From Selaginella moellendorffii (Eukaryota; Plantae; Lycopodiophyta), in the NCBI RefSeq assembly GCF_000143415.4, contig NW_003314353.1, forward strand, positions 50,075-114,074: a stretch of DNA of 64,000 nt, written 5' to 3'. A program made the position numbers and the translations under genes. Positions 12,066-24,249 of the stretch are shown here, piece by piece. Under the pieces are notes generated by a model that did no database searches, had not been told where the DNA came from, and worked only from the letters and a program-made list of their open reading frames with translations. Within the stretch, counting starts at the first letter, position 1, and every line of letters begins with the position of its first letter.

Positions 12066-13100
12066 TTACGCTTGCACTGCCCGTGACGATGAAACGGCAC
12101 ACTTCCGGGTGGAGCTTGGATCTGTGAACGAGGCCTTCTTTCCGTCCGGGTCGAGCATCATCGGCCCCGAAAACCTCTCGTTCTTCCTGGGAGCGTTGCT
12201 GGATCCTCCTCCTCCTGCTTCTGTAGAGATCGAGAAAGCCCTCGAGGTAGTAGCAGTAGCAGCCGTGGCGGAGCTGCGCGGATATGGTGGAAGAATGCCG
12301 TCGGCTACGTGGGATTCCGGGACGACCTGGCCGTTTCTCACGTTGAAAGAGCCGTGCCTCCTTGACTGGTCATCAAGTTCTCGTAGTATGACTGGTAGAT
12401 GGAGCGCATCATCGAGCGCGGAATGCAAGCCTCGAGAGTGCTCCTCGGAAGATAACTTGAAAGATCACAGAGCTGGTTCAGGAATATCAGCTTTGCTACG
12501 AGGCCGTCCCTGAAAGGAGTACAAAACAAAACAGTGAGATTGCCAGAGGAACAAAGAAGAAAAACCTGGCTCCATCAGACGACAAATCCAATGCGGTCAC
12601 CACAATGCCTTGCAGGAATGTTTTCATCATCGCCTTGATTGACATCTCGATATAATATTTACTATATATATAGTGGTTTAATTCTGGGTTTGGAGTGCTG
12701 TTGCTCCACAGACTATGGAGAATAAAACACCAAGGCAAAAGATAATGCAGATATGGTGATAGGACTCTTTTTTCTTTCTTTCAAATTTGCAGGAGTCGAA
12801 ATGAACCGTGTAACAAACAACCAGATTTGTAGAGTTTATGTTTTGTAAATGATGTACAGCTGAACATTAATTATGAGAAAAGCTATAAGAATGAAAAACA
12901 AGACTGGATCTTTATAGGGGTATTGTCAGCACCCGCGGCAATGCAACACCCCTTGATAGACCTTGGTGTCAATCCTCTGCCATATCGCTGTTAACTCACA
13001 GGTAAAAAACGTAGCCATCCTTCCTCCAAAGTACCAACACCTTTAGAGGTGGCTTTGGGAGAAGCTCTGTTTTGTGCTTGATAGTAAAGCCGATCATCGT
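12066..13100 (-). pseudogene. NAP1: 3' fragment of NCK-associated protein 1 (SCAR/WAVE subunit)
   Basis: EMSIKAMMKTFLQ...R | DGLVAKLIFLNQLCDLSSYLPRSTLEACIPRSMMRSIYQSYY matches the plant NAP1 C-terminus (HLVAKLIFLDQLCEISPYLPRSSLE). Intron 12510-12565, frameshift near 12370, 5' portion absent. The extent beyond ~12740 is tentative. Confidence 0.75.
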
Positions 13101-13806
13101 CTGATTTTTTAAAAAAACTTTTATAAATAATAATAATAATAATAATAGTAAGAAAATGAAAGAAACGAGAGCTGCAACAATCGTTCTACGCACATTTTGT
13201 TGTCAGAGGAAGGACAAGCTTCCTCTCTATAAGTATAAAACTTTTTTTTCGTTCTTTCTTCGCACCTCTTTTTGACGAAGATCTTCCGCGTTGTTGGTGA
13301 GCGACAAAGCTCACGAAATCTGCTTCTAGTGTGTGCCCAGGCTGCAGGCCAGCCACCACGCACAAGTACCACTCCCCAAGAACACCAAACCATCACTGCG
13401 ACTAGAAACAATTAAACAACGAGAGACAAGACAAGGAAGAAACGAGGAGGGGAATTGAAACCTCTTACAATCTTACAAGATTTGTGCTGAGCTTCTTCGC
13501 TTTGTTGCCTGCGTCCCGGACCCGCCCCCGCTGGGGCAGTGAGACGCTTGTCGAGCACTGTGCACATTAAAAACTTTGGTTTCCCATCCACCTTCCTTCT
13601 CGCCTAGCTTGTCTTCCTCTTTTTTTAACAGCGCGGCCTGTGTAAGAGCGCGAGCAATATACTAGTTAATATATAATTCCCCTGGGAAGCCCAGACTTAC
13701 ATGTATCCAGCAGTGTGTCTCTCGAACTTGCAACGCAGAATTCCGCGGTCCGGTGGAAGTGCTCTCAGCAGAAGCAACAGCGTCTTGATTCTCCTCCTCT
13801 GGAGAG

Positions 13807-14398
13807 ATGGTGATGACGATCATCAGTGGCAGGGCCAGGCGAGGAGCGAGGATGCAGCAAAGTCTCCTCGCCTGGTTGGTTCAGGGGATCATGATGAACT
13901 TACTCCTCTCTGCAGCTTCTGCCAGGTCGCTACTCCTGCAACAGCATCATCACCGGGATCAAGGTAAGCTGAGATATCACAGAGAGAAAGAGTGCAGGAG
14001 AAATGCTCACACCTCGACAGCTCGTTTCAAATCTTCCAGAGTCGTCATTAAAGGCGAGGTTTTGCTTTCCCCTCACTCGTCTCGGCTTCTTAAAGAGGTA
14101 AGAGCTGGCACGAACAATTCATTTCTCGCCGCATCTGATCGCATGGTTTTGGACACAGAGAGTTGTTTCGGATGGGCTGAAAGCAGCGGCAACAACTGCG
14201 GCAGAAGCACAAACGCAACGAGTCAGAACTCCGCTGCCAGAAAAGATATCTTCGAGATCTCAAAAACAGGAGATCGATTTCAAGAGCTACACGCTGCATG
14301 ACAATCGCCACCACCACCAAAAGCCGAGAGAGAGCGAGGACTACACCTTTCATGTAGACTACGCCGGACCCAAGCGACATCCTCCCCACAGTCATTGA
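13807..14398 (+). CDS. RGF/GOLVEN/CLEL sulfotyrosine peptide precursor (exons 13807-13963, 14021-14097, 14159-14398)
   Basis: Two GT-AG introns give an open 157-aa frame with a hydrophobic leader (LLAWLVQGIMMNLLLSAASA) and a terminal 13-mer DYAGPKRHPPHSH*; TATA-like element near 13670. Confidence 0.85.
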
Positions 14399-14874
14399 CC
14401 CGATGTTCCATTCTCAGCCACTTCTTTCAGATACTTCAATGCAGGACACTGCCAGCAAAAAGAAAAACATGTAGTAGTTAGAACCTGCTCGAAATCGAGT
14501 ATCAGATCTTCTTTCACGGCGGAAAAATTCAGCTGCTTTTTTACCTTGTAAAAATTCTCCAATAAAACCTTGAAAAGGAGCTTCAATCAGCCACGAAAGC
14601 ATGGCAGCCTTACGCATAAAAAAAACAAGGACCTTGATGAACATACCAGAAACCGTACAATATAAAGAACATTTGTTCAAGTCTCCCCAAAAACCAAGTT
14701 AGTTCGATCAATAATTGCGAAATCCTTACCTTCCCAGTACAATAGAACGCTGATACAGGACTATAACAAAAGAGTATTATATAATCGTACGGCAAAACAA
14801 AAACAAAACAAAAAGAAACCGTTATTCTCCAAACCAAAACCAGTGAAGCCGAAGAATTTGCCACGGCTCTCAAC

Positions 14875-16522
<1,648 letters not shown>

Positions 16523-16657
16523 AATGCGACAAGCAAATGCCAATTTATAGTATGTAGCCTAACTTCCATTCCGCGGAGTCGAACACGCTACTCCTTGCCA
16601 AGCACACGTCACGAGTTCGATTCCACTCTCTGTTCTTTTTTAATTTCCACAGAACTT

Positions 16658-18939
16658 TCAGTATGTTTTTCTTCCATCCCCCTCCGTGATGATATCTTTG
16701 AACGAAGAACCACCAGGAATCATCGGTAAGACGTGCTCCTGAGAGAAAAAAAGAAGGAAACTCTTTGAGCTATGGTCGATCGATCGACTGATAAGCACAA
16801 ACCTGATGAGGAACAATCACGTCTAAAAGGTATGGCCCGGGAGTGTCAAGCATTTTCTGGATTGCTGCTTTGAGATTGGAGCGCTTTGTTACTCGAGCAC
16901 AGGGAATCTAGCAAAGAGAAAGCTTTTAGAAAACGTACGGGAACAATTCAGCAAACCTTGCATCCCTCGGCGAACTTCAGGAAGTCGGGAAAGATCTCGT
17001 CCTCGTGGTCAGGATCTCCAAGATAAGTGTGAGCCCTGTTTGCCTGGAGAAAGCACGGAGGTTAGAAAACGCTACTTAGTCTACCCGAAAGATTAAACCT
17101 TGTAGAATCTATCCTCCCATTGTACAACCATTCCCAAGTGCTGGTTGTTTAACACCATGATTTTCACGGGGAGTTTTTCCACGTGAATCGTCGCTAGCTC
17201 CTGAAATTACGAGAGGAGTATGTGAAATGAAAACGTTAAAGCTCGCACCGACCTGGACATTCATGAGAAAACTTCCATCTCCATCGATGTCAATCACAGG
17301 AACGTCAGGGAAAGTCGCTGCAGCTCCAATCGCAGAAGGTAATCCAAAACCCATGGCTCCCAATCCTATAGAGAAAAGTTGTGACACTCCGAAAAAAACA
17401 AGAGAGAAACAAACCTCCTGAAGTAAGCCATCTCCGAGGCTTGTCATACTTGAACCATTGCGCCGCCCACATTTGATGCTGGCCAACCCCCGTAGAGATT
17501 ATAGCATTTCCTTGGGTGATCTCGCACAGAGTTTGTATAGCGTGCTGAGGAGCAATGCAGTCGTCTCCAAACTCCACGTACTTCAATGGCCACTTGAGTT
17601 TCTGCTCCTCAAGCTCCGCTATCCAGCTTCCAACATCGGGTTTTACTTTCTGCTCCCTCAGCAGCAAGTTCAAGCTTTGAAGCGCTGGCTTTACATCGGC
17701 ACACAGCGAGACGTGAGGCTGCTTGTTCTTCCCAATCTCGGCCGGATCAATGTCTATATGAACAATGCTGGCCCTGCTAGCGAACGCTTCCAGCTTGCCT
17801 GTTACTCGGTCGTCAAACCTCACCCCGAAAGCCAGAAGTAAGTCTGCTCCATCCACAGCGTAGTTTGCATAAACAGTCCCGTGCATTCCCAGCATATGCA
17901 GCGACCGCGAATCCGACTGTGGAAAAATCCCCAGTCCCATCAGCGTCATCGTGATCGGGATCCCCGTGAGCTTCACAAACTCTCGGACTTCTTCGCTAGC
18001 GTTCATGCAACCTCCACCACAGTACACCACCGGCCTCTTCGAGTTTGCAATCAGTCTCACGATCTGCTGGAGCTGCGCCACCTCCGGGAACCGAGGCAGC
18101 CTCTGCATGTAAGCGTTGAGCTTGATCGGCTGCGACCAATTCGGTATCGCAAACTGCTGCTGGACGTCCTTTGGAATGTCGACGAGAACCGGCCCCGGCC
18201 TTCCGGAGGAAGCCAAGAAAAAAGCCTCCTCGATCACCCGGGGTATGTCCTCCACGTTCATCACCAGATAGTTGTGCTTCGTGATGGATCGAGTGACTTC
18301 CACGATCGGAGTCTCCTGGAAAGCGTCGGTGCCGATCATCCTTCTCGGCACTTGTCCCGTGATCGCCACCATTGGAACACTGTCAAGCGCAGCGTCGGCC
18401 AGGCCGGTGACAAGATTGGTCGCTCCAGGCCCCGACGTTGCTATGCAAACTCCAACTTTCCCGGAAGCTTTTGCATAGCCCTCGGCAGCAAACACTTCGC
18501 CTTGCTCGTGGCGGCAGAGAACGTTCCTGATGCACGTAGAGCGAGTGAGAGCTTGATGGATTTCCATGGAAGCGCCGCCTGGATACGCGAAGACTATGTC
18601 CACGCCCTGCCTTTCCAGAGCCTCTACCAAGATGTCGGCCCCCTTTCTTGGCTCAGAATCGCCATAGCGCGACTGGAACAAGCTCGCTGGCGGCGATGCT
18701 TCGCTTTGCTTCCGAAATATCGTGCTTGAGCCTTGCGATTCCTTGACAATCACTCTCGGCTCCTCAAACGGCTCTATCCCAGCCCGGATTCTACCCCTGC
18801 TGCTGGAAATGCCTCTCCGAATTGGAGAAATGAGCTCCGCCAACGAAAGATTCTCCTCCGATCTTCGTGAATTCAATCCCGTGCTTCTGCGACATACCTG
18901 CATTGCAATCGCGCCTCCCGCAATGCCGGTGGCCGCCAT
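16658..18939 (-). CDS. ALS: Acetolactate synthase catalytic subunit (5 introns in the 3' part)
   Basis: [68 protein letters not shown]...EGDGRKTY*. Confidence 0.97.
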
Positions 18940-19113
18940 CGCTGTGCTCTAAAACCCTATCTTCTCTCTGTTTTTAGGGTTCTTAGTTTGGTCTAACTAA
19001 GCATGAAAATCTCCATTCACTGTCCACCACGTGGACAGAACAAAAGCTCTCCCTTCCGAGCTACATGTTAGCTTTAGGGCTCCTCGGGCGCAGTCACGGA
19101 ATGCGCGAAGATC
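18940..19113. promoter_or_regulatory. Putative bidirectional promoter ALS/MEX1
   Basis: 174 bp between divergent ATGs; central G-box CCACGTGG at 19027-19034; telo-box-like AAACCCTA (18952) and TTAGGGTT (18974). Confidence 0.55.
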
Positions 19114-20902
19114 ATGGACGCGATTTCGATGCCGCATTCCTCGATCCGAGTTCCGCAATCTCTCCAGGTATTTCACAATCGCAGCGTGAATCGATCGAGA
19201 ATATTACTGATCGATTTCAAAATCGCGCTCTTTGTGTTCTTTCGCGATCGTAGATGCTACAAAGGCGCCAGGGATACGATAAAATCTCGCCAGGCTCGCT
19301 CTGGAGCAGCGATCGAGCATCGAATCCACTTGTTGGAGCAAATGCCAGTCGATTGGGAGCTCCAAGATCATCTCCATTGCTCTCATTTATTCCAAAAAGA
19401 GGAGCGCCCGTGAGGTGCAGTGATACATCACCGACCACTTTTCACAGAGTAAGCGTTGGATCGATTTGATTGTGTCAAAGTTTCTTTCTTTCCTTTCTCA
19501 CTCTTTTTGCGCAGCCAAAGGATGAGAAGCTCGAAAACGAGACTTACAAATACTGGAACGCTACCACCGAGCAGCTGGCTGGATCGGCTACTCTCGCGTT
19601 TTTATTACTACAACTTCCACAGACCATTCTCAATGCTCAAAACCTTATGGCCGGGAATAATAGTGCATTGTTTGCAGTCTCCTGGATGGTAAGATTTTCC
19701 TTTCGATCTTTTTCGAGTAACATTGTGTCGGATGGTGTTTGCTGTTTTGTAGAGCTTACTGACGAGTCTCATGGGGAATCTATCGCTGCTTTCTTACTTC
19801 GTGATGAAGAAAGAGAATGGAGCCATGATCGTTCAAGCGGTCGGTGTTCTTTCAACTTACGTGGTTTTGGCCCAACTTGCGATAGCAGGTTCTATGCCAT
19901 CAACAGTTTTTCTCGCGACGTCCATAGCTGTGATAGTCGGCTATGTTATCAATTTTCTTAACTACAAAGGGTATCTGAGAAGCGAGCTTTGGAAACTTTG
20001 GCAAGATATCATCAGCGTTGGAGGGGTTTCGGTCCTCTCACAAGTGAGTTTGAAGATGCTACGATTTTTTCGTCTTAACTTTCCTTGATTCAGGTAATGT
20101 GGTCAACGTTTGAGCCATTTCTTCCGTCGACGATACTGCCGGGAGTCTTTGCTTTTGTTACCACCTTAACACTGATCATACAGGTGAGAAAAAACTTTCA
20201 AAACTATGAGGCGTGATAAGAGCTGGTTGAACTTGCAGGATCGTAAAGGAAAACTATCAGAGCCTTTGCATAAATTCGTTGGCGGCCTTGCTGCTTGGTC
20301 CGCTACTCTACTTTTTATGTGGAGTCCCGTCGCTCAAATGGTAAAAAGCTTCATGACAGCCTCGTCGCTAGCTACTTAATCCACGACTGATTTTGCAGTG
20401 GACAAACATCACAAATCCTGCGAATCTACGAGGCCTTTCTGTGATCACCGTGCTTCTAGCTATGGTCGGGAACAGCCTGCTACTTCCGCGCGCGCTCTTC
20501 ACTCGAGACTCCATGTGGTACGCCTCGGCTATCTCCAGATCCAAGTAGCATCAAACTTTACTGTCGCTTCTTTCCAAAGGTTTACAGGGTCGTCGTGGGG
20601 AGCTTTGGTTCAAGGATGGGGCCTGTTGCTCAGCATGTATATGTAAGTTTCTCCGTGCTTGGATTTCTTTTTCCAAGCTAAAGTTTTGATTCTCCAGATA
20701 CGAGTGCGTAAGTGGGTCTGTGTTCTTGGGCATTACTGCTGGATTGGCATTTTGGATAGGTACTGTGCTTCCAAATTCACTCCAAATTTTTTTTCTCATG
20801 GACGATCACACAGGAAACATGCTCGTCATGGACTCCAAGGCAAATTCTTTGAGCTCTCCTTTCACGCCACTCGCGGAGCTGTTAAGCTCAACCCGGGAGT
20901 AA
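19114..20902 (+). CDS. MEX1: Maltose excess protein 1 (plastid maltose exporter), multi-exon
   Basis: FLLLQLPQTILNAQNLMAGNNSALFAVSW, MGNLSLLSYF, QVMWSTFEP, TLLFMWSPVAQ match the MEX1/RCP1 family. Confidence 0.9.
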
Positions 20903-20949
20903 GAAATGATGTTAATCTTCTCTAACTCCTGTTAACAAAATAAAGGCAT

Positions 20950-21040
20950 CCCGTTATAATTCGTAACGGGGTTTTTGGCGGGAACTCATCTCAGCCGTCC
21001 GTTGGCGATCCTCGTCTGGGCGGGAAATCGAAGTATAAAG
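20950..21040 (+). promoter_or_regulatory. E2F and MSA-like elements upstream of HMGB
   Basis: TTTGGCGG 20974, GGCGGGAAA 21019 (reverse complement TTTCCCGCC), three AACGG/CCGTT cores, TATAAA at ~21034. Confidence 0.5.
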
Positions 21041-21194
21041 TTTGTGTGTTCTCCTCGACCTAGGGAAGGCTTTCGTTTCGTCCCTCTTTTATTTTCGAGA
21101 GAGAAGTTCTAGGCGCTCATCAGGTACTCTCCTCCATTCTCTTCGATCGTCTGGCTCGTCTCTCTCACATCGATCGACTCGCAGGGTTCTAGCG

Positions 21195-21949
21195 ATGAAG
21201 GGAATCAACAGCGTCGTGTCAGCGCCAGCGATTGTCCCAGCGACGAAGTAATATTTCGGATCTTTCTCTTCTTCGCTCTCGCCTGATCGATCTGGATCTC
21301 TCTTCTGGCAGGGACAGCAAGCGAAAGCCAGCCGCGGCGTCCAAAGAGAAGAAGCCGAAGAAGGCCAAGGGGGTCGCCGCCAAGAAAGATCCAAATCTCC
21401 CAAAGAGGCCGCCGACGCCTTTCTTTCTCTTCATGTAAGGGCTGGTCGATCGATATCGCGATGGTTTCTCACGATCCGGCTCGTTTTCCAGGTCGGAGTT
21501 CAGGCAGGAATACAAGAAAGCGAACCCCGACGTCAAGGGTGTCGGTGCCGTAAGTTCTCTATTCTTCGACATGCTTTCTTTCTAGCTAGGAATTTACTAT
21601 CGATTGGCAGGTCGCCAAGGCTGGCGGAGAGAAATGGAAGAGCATGACGGACAATGTAAGTCTTTCTTTAACATCGTCGTAGATTTTTACTTGTTCCTTG
21701 TCTTCTACGATCTCCAGGACAAGAAAGCCTACACGAACAAGGCCGCGTTGCTGAAAGCCGCGTACGCGAAGGATCTCGCAGAGTACGAGGAGACCCAGAC
21801 TGCCGAAGGATCTGGAGAGACGAAATCGGAGATGACAGAGGATGCCGATCAGAGCACGCTGGTAAGAAGTCTTTACGAAATTCTAGGATCTTCCGTTGTT
21901 TTATTGCATCGTTCTCGTTTTCACGATTCCTTTCCAGGACGACATGTAA
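21195..21949 (+). CDS. HMGB: High mobility group B protein, multi-exon
   Basis: KKDPNLPKRPPTPFFLFM, EFRQEYKKANP, AKAGGEKWKSMT HMG box; basic N-terminus and acidic tail. Confidence 0.92.
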
Positions 21950-22353
21950 AAAGAATGAGCTAGTAGACTACCTGTACACTGTGCATAGCTAGCTAGTAGC
22001 TCGCAACGATGTCGCAGTTTGTGTAAACATTTCTCGTTTACTTGCTCAATGTCACGGGTAAGAAAATTTTCCGTACCACTTACCGTCAGCGCTGTCCAAA
22101 GAGGAGAAGCTTTCGAGAAGGAATCTAGTCGTCTTTGGAGTTGAACTGTCTGTACATCGTGGCTTCTAACGTCAGCACAGCAAAGCGTGTCTGCAACTTA
22201 AAACTGGTTAGCAAACTTTTCACGTTAAGTTTTATACTTGTTTGCTGTTGTCCCACGCTTACGCCCATCTTCCGTGCTTACAGGTCGAGTCGGAGCTTAT
22301 GAACAGTTCTGAAACGTTCTGCCTATCGCAAGTACACTGATGCTGCGGGTCCT

Positions 22354-23805
22354 TTAGTAATCAGAAGGATTCGGTTCAACCCCCGGTAACAAGATTCCCT
22401 TGACTTTGGCTAGTCTACACGCATCGCTGGTAACCTTCTCCTTCTCCACCCATAGTTTTTTCAAGCTCGGGCAACCGGCTAGCACCATCGCTACGCCCGC
22501 AGGACTAATCCCGTCACAGCTTGTGATCACCAGGTTCGAGAGTGCCCGGCATTTCTGTCCTATAAACTCGAGCGTGGCATCCGTCACCTTCCGGCACCTA
22601 CGCAGTCTCAAGTGGATCAACCTGTCCCCGCTCGAGTGCAGCAGTCCCGTGATCTCTCTATCCGCCAGGTGGTCATTCTCGGAAACGTCCAACCGCCGGA
22701 GGCTCTTGAGATCCTGCCCGAGGTAAGCCAAAGTACCCGTGTCCTGGACGATGGCCCGGCACCGTATTAACACCAGCTCTTCCAGGCTCGACTTCATCTG
22801 CGTGCCGAGGAGCTTGAAGCCGTTCCCGGTTCCCATCCAGCAGCTATACAGGCGCAGTATCTTCAGCGACAGGCAGTTCTGCGCAATGATCGCGAGGTCC
22901 TCGTTAAACAAATCCAGCGGCAGCCGCAACTCCAGAGTCTCGAGCGACTGGCAGCTGCGAACGATGCGGTGCAAGCCGTTCATGTCCCCGCCATCCATGA
23001 AGATGAGAACCTTGAGCCCGTGGCAGACCTCGGCAACCATGAGCAGCACCTGGGTGGCGATACACCGGCAGCGCCTCAGCCGAAGCTCCTGGAGATTGGG
23101 CAGGCACCAGGCCAGCGACGCGATGTCCGAGTCTCCAATCCCCTGGCAGCCGAAGAACTCGAGGCGGCGGAGCTTGTGGCAGCTCCGCCATAGCCACCCA
23201 AGCCCACTGTTCCTGGCGCCGATGCCCTCGACGCAGAGCTTGTCCAGCGGGAGATCGCCGTCGGGGACGCCAGCCAGGTCGGAGCTGTCGCCGCTGAGGC
23301 AACCGGTGAGCGAGAGCTCGGACAGGGACCGGAACTCGTTGAGCACGGGCAAGTGCTGAGTCGCCAGCGCGACAAGCTCCAGGGAGACGAGGCAATTGCA
23401 TGCTCGGGCCAGGGGCTCCAGGCCGGAGGTGGTGACGGGGCCGGCGAGGAAGCGGAGCTCGCGCAGCAGTGGACAGGAGGACGCCATCGCCGAGAGGATG
23501 AGGTCCAGCGCCTGGGAGTCATGCTGGTCGCCCTCGGAGACGACGGCGAGGGAGACGAGGTGGGAGTACCTGTGGAAGAGGGCGTGGATGGAGGAGCACA
23601 AGGAGAGGATGGTGGAGGGGTCGGGGACGCAGAGGCCGAGCTTGGTTTTGATCCGGCCCTCGAGGGAGAGCCATCTCTTGCAGACGAGGGTGGCAGATTT
23701 GCGGTCTTGGGTGGAGTGGAGGCGGGAGAGGATCTCGGACAGGAGCTCGTCGCAGAGGAGCGTGTTGATGAGGTCGCCGGGCTCGTCGCGGGTAAAGTGG
23801 CCCAT
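22354..23805 (-). CDS. F-box/LRR-repeat protein (single exon, 483 aa)
   Basis: N-terminal F-box LLCDELLSEILSRL...LVCKRWL followed by cysteine-containing LRRs. Confidence 0.9.
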   Translation of the reverse strand: MGHFTRDEPGDLINTLLCDELLSEILSRLHSTQDRKSATLVCKRWLSLEGRIKTKLGLCVPDPSTILSLCSSIHALFHRYSHLVSLAVVSEGDQHDSQALDLILSAMASSCPLLRELRFLAGPVTTSGLEPLARACNCLVSLELVALATQHLPVLNEFRSLSELSLTGCLSGDSSDLAGVPDGDLPLDKLCVEGIGARNSGLGWLWRSCHKLRRLEFFGCQGIGDSDIASLAWCLPNLQELRLRRCRCIATQVLLMVAEVCHGLKVLIFMDGGDMNGLHRIVRSCQSLETLELRLPLDLFNEDLAIIAQNCLSLKILRLYSCWMGTGNGFKLLGTQMKSSLEELVLIRCRAIVQDTGTLAYLGQDLKSLRRLDVSENDHLADREITGLLHSSGDRLIHLRLRRCRKVTDATLEFIGQKCRALSNLVITSCDGISPAGVAMVLAGCPSLKKLWVEKEKVTSDACRLAKVKGILLPGVEPNPSDY

Positions 23806-24249
23806 AAAGAGAGAGAGAGGTATCGTCCTATCTATCTATCCATCCATCCATTTTTTCTTTCTCTCTTCTCTCTATCTAATCTAACCGTGTTTGTGTGATG
23901 TTCTTCTACCTATTGCGCTTGGCGAGGAAGGGAAGGAAGAAGACGAGAGGCCCCAAAATGCGAGCGGAAGAATGGGGAACTTTTACGTGCCTGACACGTG
24001 TCGGGATCGTGGTCCTGCGGGATCCGACGGACAGACGCGTCTTTTAATGTTGCCGGGATCGATCTCTCGCTTTGCCGCCAGGAATTGATAGAATATGCTT
24101 TCCCAAATTTTTTGCGCATATTCCAAGCACAAAAGGGCAGGTTTCGACCAGCTGAGGCCTTAAACAATCATTTAGAAATTTCAAGGAAAAATTATTTGTA
24201 TAATAAGAAATAAAATCTGTTATTGTTATGGTAATTGAGTTTATGAGCT

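Noticed and set aside
13807-14301. Unspliced 164-aa ORF from the ORF track
   Set aside because: Reads through two canonical introns; the spliced RGF model explains the region better.
16706-16725. ALS Gly at the Ser653-equivalent position as herbicide resistance
   Set aside because: Resistance needs bulky residues; Gly is a natural small variant, and the A122, P197, A205, D376 and W574 equivalents are wild type.
17458-18729. Long antisense ORFs over ALS (likewise over the F-box, GH3 and SAD genes)
   Set aside because: Shadow ORFs of GC-rich coding sequence.
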